In this document: positions 60,763 through 64,000 of the stretch, piece after piece
Numbering within the stretch: the first letter of the stretch is position 1
Layout: the number at the start of each line of letters is the position of its first letter
DNA from: Wickerhamiella versatilis
Lineage: Eukaryota
DNA: 64,000 nt
NCBI GenBank assembly: GCA_030867685.1
Contig: JAQOWU010000008.1
Span: 992,001-1,056,000, forward strand
Direction of reading: 5' to 3'
Made by a program: the position numbers and the translations under genes
The notes under the pieces: generated by a model
Told to the model about the DNA's origin: nothing
Seen by the model: only the letters and a program-made list of their open reading frames with translations
Databases searched by the model: none

Positions 60763-60812
60763 TATATAACCGCGTAAAGCAGGACTTCGTGGCATCTAAT
60801 ACCTAGACATTC

Positions 60813-62891
60813 TTAGAGCATTCCTCCTACATCCAAATCTGCCTCTAGTGCATCTTTCAGGACCTCTTGTGGGATGAGAAGCCTGATTTTCGGTGTGGCC
60901 TCCCCTTGAATCGCTTGTCGTACCACAACCCCTGCCTCCACCAACTCATTAATTACTGCCTGAAAGCCTTTCAACCTTTTTTCATCCGCATAAAGCACCT
61001 GCTTAATTATCTTGGCTTGTTTCGCCAGAGGCACCAGCTCTTCCGCTTGACCCAGTACACTGGAGAGAGGCGCTTCGGTGTTACGCGTTCGGCGAACGCG
61101 GGCCAGCAACCCGCAAAGCAGCACCTTCCCACTTACTGGGAGCCGCCTTAAATATGTCGTCATAGGAGTAACATGTGTCTCAGCAATAGCACTTCGAACC
61201 TCAGGCAGGCCAACTCGATTCCCACCTCCAAGCTCCACTGCTCGGCGAATTAAATCAAGAACTCTCCTAGCATCGCCATTTACACCAGCTACCTTGCGAG
61301 CAGCATACTCTACTGCATCTGCATCTATTATATCAATGTCCTGAAGGCGGCCCATTATTATTTGGCGCAGTTGCTCATAGGTATAACCTTTGAAGGTTAT
61401 GCGGGTGAGTCCAAGACGGCTAGATATACGGTTTGAAAGCTGGCGCTCGGGCAGATCCATTGAGTTCGCGATGGCGACGACAACTAGCTTAGAATGTGGT
61501 AGTGACGGCCAATTGAAGAAATTGTACATCAGTTTCTGCTCCTTTGTAACCATCATATCCAGTTCATCAAGCAAAACTACAACAGGTGACCGCCTCGGAT
61601 TTTTCTTGCGAAACTCAGACTCCAAAGTGCTTACGATGTTGGCAGTAGACAGGCGCTTCTTAGCGGAGTTGCCCATGGCCGTGGAAACTGCCTCCCAGAG
61701 TAGGTCATAAGCAGCAGTAGAATGTGCTAAACGCAAGCCATTTATATCGATAAACTCAAATTTAGGTAGTTCGCCATCCTCCACCCGTAAATATAGCTGT
61801 GTTATAGCCTCCATCACCGTCGCTGTTTTCCCCGTTCCTGGAGTACCACTAATATAAACACAGGAGCCTGTTTCTGCTCCTATTGCATTCTCTAATGCGA
61901 GAAAAATGTCACTATACTCACTTTCACGGCAAGGAAGTGAGTCTGGAACACTAGAAATATGTAATGATGCACGGGCCTGTAGATCTGCCTCCTCAAGCGG
62001 GCGAGGCTTTCGAGGAGTTGGCGGGAGAGACATAGTTACCGCCTGACTTTTATTGTTGGTTTCTTGGCTTATTGTATGCGCACGCGATTTTTTTGGCGTA
62101 TCATGCTTCTGTGGGGGTCGTCCACGTCGTTTTCTAGGTGAGGGACTTGGTTTCGGTTCATGCATAACTTCTTGGCCATCGCTATCATCCAAGAAGCTTC
62201 CTCTAGCCTCTATATTTTCCGAGTCTGGGAGTTCAGACCCTGACTCGGACTCAGATTCCCACGATCCCCTTGAGTTATCGTCAGACCCACTATCAGACGA
62301 TCCCGGAGAATCCGGGGAACGTGGAGAAAAGAGTCTTACTGGAGTCACTGTTTTACGATCCTGTGGCTCCGAGGTTCCCTTCTTTCTAGGGGTTGACAAT
62401 TTACGTTTGAGAGGACTATCCTGTTCGCTGCGGAATAACGAGACTACTTGAAATGAAGTCGCTTCAGCCGTTTCGAGCATTCTCACAGGGCCCTTGATTT
62501 TTTTCTGGTGGTTGATTGCCCGATAAACAAAGAATTTCTCTGCATCAGGCCCTTCTTTCTGCGAAGGTTCGGAATTTACAAGAGTCAGTTTACGCTCTGT
62601 CAAGGCCGAAGCCGGAATATATTCAAGTAAATGTGTAGCAAGTAGTTCGTTGTCTGCACCATCCACCCCTACTGATTCTGGAGTATATAAAACCAGTAAG
62701 CGAACTTGCAGCGTTATTCCATCTGGTGAAGTAATTTCTCTGAATCGTTCGATAACACCATATCCCTTCTCATCCCCTTTCTCCATGTATTCCACACAAT
62801 CTCCTGGATTGAATACTGTCTGGTCAGGAGAGATAATCCGTTCGATCCAAGAGCGACGACCTCGGCCTTTCAACTCTGGAGTCCAGGACAT
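60813..62891 (-). CDS. ORC1: Origin recognition complex subunit 1
   Basis: BAH-like N-terminus, VPDSLPCRESE, GTPGTGKT, LLDELD, RISSRLGLTRI, GDARR. ATG 62891. Confidence 0.93.
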   Translation of the reverse strand: MSWTPELKGRGRRSWIERIISPDQTVFNPGDCVEYMEKGDEKGYGVIERFREITSPDGITLQVRLLVLYTPESVGVDGADNELLATHLLEYIPASALTERKLTLVNSEPSQKEGPDAEKFFVYRAINHQKKIKGPVRMLETAEATSFQVVSLFRSEQDSPLKRKLSTPRKKGTSEPQDRKTVTPVRLFSPRSPDSPGSSDSGSDDNSRGSWESESESGSELPDSENIEARGSFLDDSDGQEVMHEPKPSPSPRKRRGRPPQKHDTPKKSRAHTISQETNNKSQAVTMSLPPTPRKPRPLEEADLQARASLHISSVPDSLPCRESEYSDIFLALENAIGAETGSCVYISGTPGTGKTATVMEAITQLYLRVEDGELPKFEFIDINGLRLAHSTAAYDLLWEAVSTAMGNSAKKRLSTANIVSTLESEFRKKNPRRSPVVVLLDELDMMVTKEQKLMYNFFNWPSLPHSKLVVVAIANSMDLPERQLSNRISSRLGLTRITFKGYTYEQLRQIIMGRLQDIDIIDADAVEYAARKVAGVNGDARRVLDLIRRAVELGGGNRVGLPEVRSAIAETHVTPMTTYLRRLPVSGKVLLCGLLARVRRTRNTEAPLSSVLGQAEELVPLAKQAKIIKQVLYADEKRLKGFQAVINELVEAGVVVRQAIQGEATPKIRLLIPQEVLKDALEADLDVGGML

Positions 62892-63005
62892 CTTGCTGAC
62901 ACAAGATGTCAAGGCGTGAGTATACAGATACTGTTTGATTACACCTAAGTTGAGAGGTAATTTATCGTTAATTTATTCTTTAGTGTTTCTTTCTATGCCT
63001 GAAAG

Positions 63006-63482
63006 TCAATCGACCCAATGTTTAGGATCTGCAAAAGAATACTCAGAAAAGTCCCAGTCTTTTTCATCTTTTAGTACTTCTTCTTCCAATTCTGCCCGCC
63101 ATACATAACATGAAGTGCGTATAATTTCACCGTTTGCTGCTATTACTTCGATTTCCCGGTACTCATATTCGTCACCTTCATAGTCATGCAACTTCACCAG
63201 GTCATCTTCACTTAAACCCGTTACTAGCATTCCGTTTACAGACGATGAATCACCACTAGTGTCAGGAAGCACACCTGGGTAACGACGATTCTTCAGCCTA
63301 TATCTACGATAACCATGGAGCTGGGCAGATGTGAAGTTAAACGAAGTCCCAGGCAGAATATAAGACAGAACATCTGGACTCATCAAAGTACCGTATACGA
63401 AACATGTACGTGCTTTAGCTTTAGTGTGCGATTTTGAACATGCTGCTGGCGCTCCTTGGTTACTATCACCTCCAAGTGCCAT
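63006..63482 (-). CDS. AIG2-like gamma-glutamylcyclotransferase-fold protein
   Basis: FVYGTLM, YPGV, VNGMLV, LHDYEGDEY. First ATG 63482. Confidence 0.85.
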   Translation of the reverse strand: MALGGDSNQGAPAACSKSHTKAKARTCFVYGTLMSPDVLSYILPGTSFNFTSAQLHGYRRYRLKNRRYPGVLPDTSGDSSSVNGMLVTGLSEDDLVKLHDYEGDEYEYREIEVIAANGEIIRTSCYVWRAELEEEVLKDEKDWDFSEYSFADPKHWVD

Positions 63483-63609
63483 TAACTCAGCACAATGTAG
63501 ATGTCCCACCTGATCCCACGAGCTAGTGCGTAACTATACAGCTCCGCATCTTGGATTTAATCCAAAGAGATGAGAAGTGAGCAAAATGTAAATAGAAAGA
63601 CTTCGATAT

Positions 63610-64000
63610 CTAAAACCTAAATTCATTACGAAACTCGTCAAGACGCATATCCGGGCGTACTTTAGCGAGTAAATCATGCCTATCCATTGCTAAAAATACT
63701 CTTCGCAGTGTTTCCATGAGATTGGTAGATTGCTGCACATGATCATCATCAGTAGTTTGATGCAACGACATGGCACTCAGCAAATGCTCGGCTGCTTCAT
63801 GGTAGCATCCTATGTTCACACACGAGACACCAAGATTGCATCGTGCACGGACGAAAGACGGACGTAGTTCTAGTGCCTTATAGTAGGCTTCGATTGCCTC
63901 CTCGGGGCGAGCTGCATTCGCTAAGGTAGCACCAAGTCGATTCCACAGTAATGCATCATCGGGGCGTACTGAAAGTGCTGCACGAAAGCAGTCTACTGCC
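63610..64000 (-). CDS. PEX5: PTS1 receptor Pex5, C-terminal TPRs (partial; runs off the window)
   Basis: My translation from 63999: [28 protein letters not shown]...[31 protein letters not shown]. Confidence 0.93.
   Translation of the reverse strand, partial: AVDCFRAALSVRPDDALLWNRLGATLANAARPEEAIEAYYKALELRPSFVRARCNLGVSCVNIGCYHEAAEHLLSAMSLHQTTDDDHVQQSTNLMETLRRVFLAMDRHDLLAKVRPDMRLDEFRNEFRF

Noticed and set aside
11240-63482. Functional clustering (CAX4 with SEC59; GSH1 with the GGCT-fold gene)
   Set aside because: Partners are more than 20 kb apart with many unrelated genes between them. No metabolic cluster is evident.
1-64000. tRNA, rRNA, transposons, LTRs or obviously bacterial-derived genes
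   Set aside because: No intergenic tRNA box signatures, transposase/RT motifs, long terminal repeats or clearly bacterial ORFs seen by eye. tRNAscan-SE, Infernal and an alien-index search would be needed to exclude them fully.

Overview
Gene-dense, essentially intron-free nuclear segment of a budding yeast (Saccharomycotina). CUG decodes as Leu at conserved positions, a probable complex I accessory subunit is present and spacers are extremely short. Together these suggest an early-diverging compact lineage such as Trichomonascaceae (Wickerhamiella/Starmerella-like); this is inference. About 44 protein-coding genes were found, mostly housekeeping: FSY1-like, seipin, DUF1765, HGH1, CAX4, YLR345W-like, GCV3, MRP17, TatD, GCD2, MYO2, RTS1, MRPL10, LDB19, FUR1, MRT4, RIO2, UFD4, SKN7, GSH1, SEC59, SPO14, LHP1, POL12, APL3, PLPBP, IST2, a fasciclin protein, TOA2, UBC12, ILV5, TEM1, ORC1 and partial PEX5. 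I saw no tRNA, rRNA, transposon or CRISPR. The most unusual item is a secreted modular protein at 2930-4756, with predicted Kex2 sites, Cys/Pro/Gln 17-aa repeats, Gly/Cys and Gly/Tyr tracts and a 6-Cys core. Also notable: a small orphan resembling the Rad51 paralogue Shu1, a Skn7 with a degenerate receiver domain, an Ist2 without its tether tail, tiny tandem and divergent spacers, and a motif-rich spacer at 8.7-9.4 kb that may host a spliced non-coding RNA. Gene identities come from motif recognition and recalled sequences, not from database searches.
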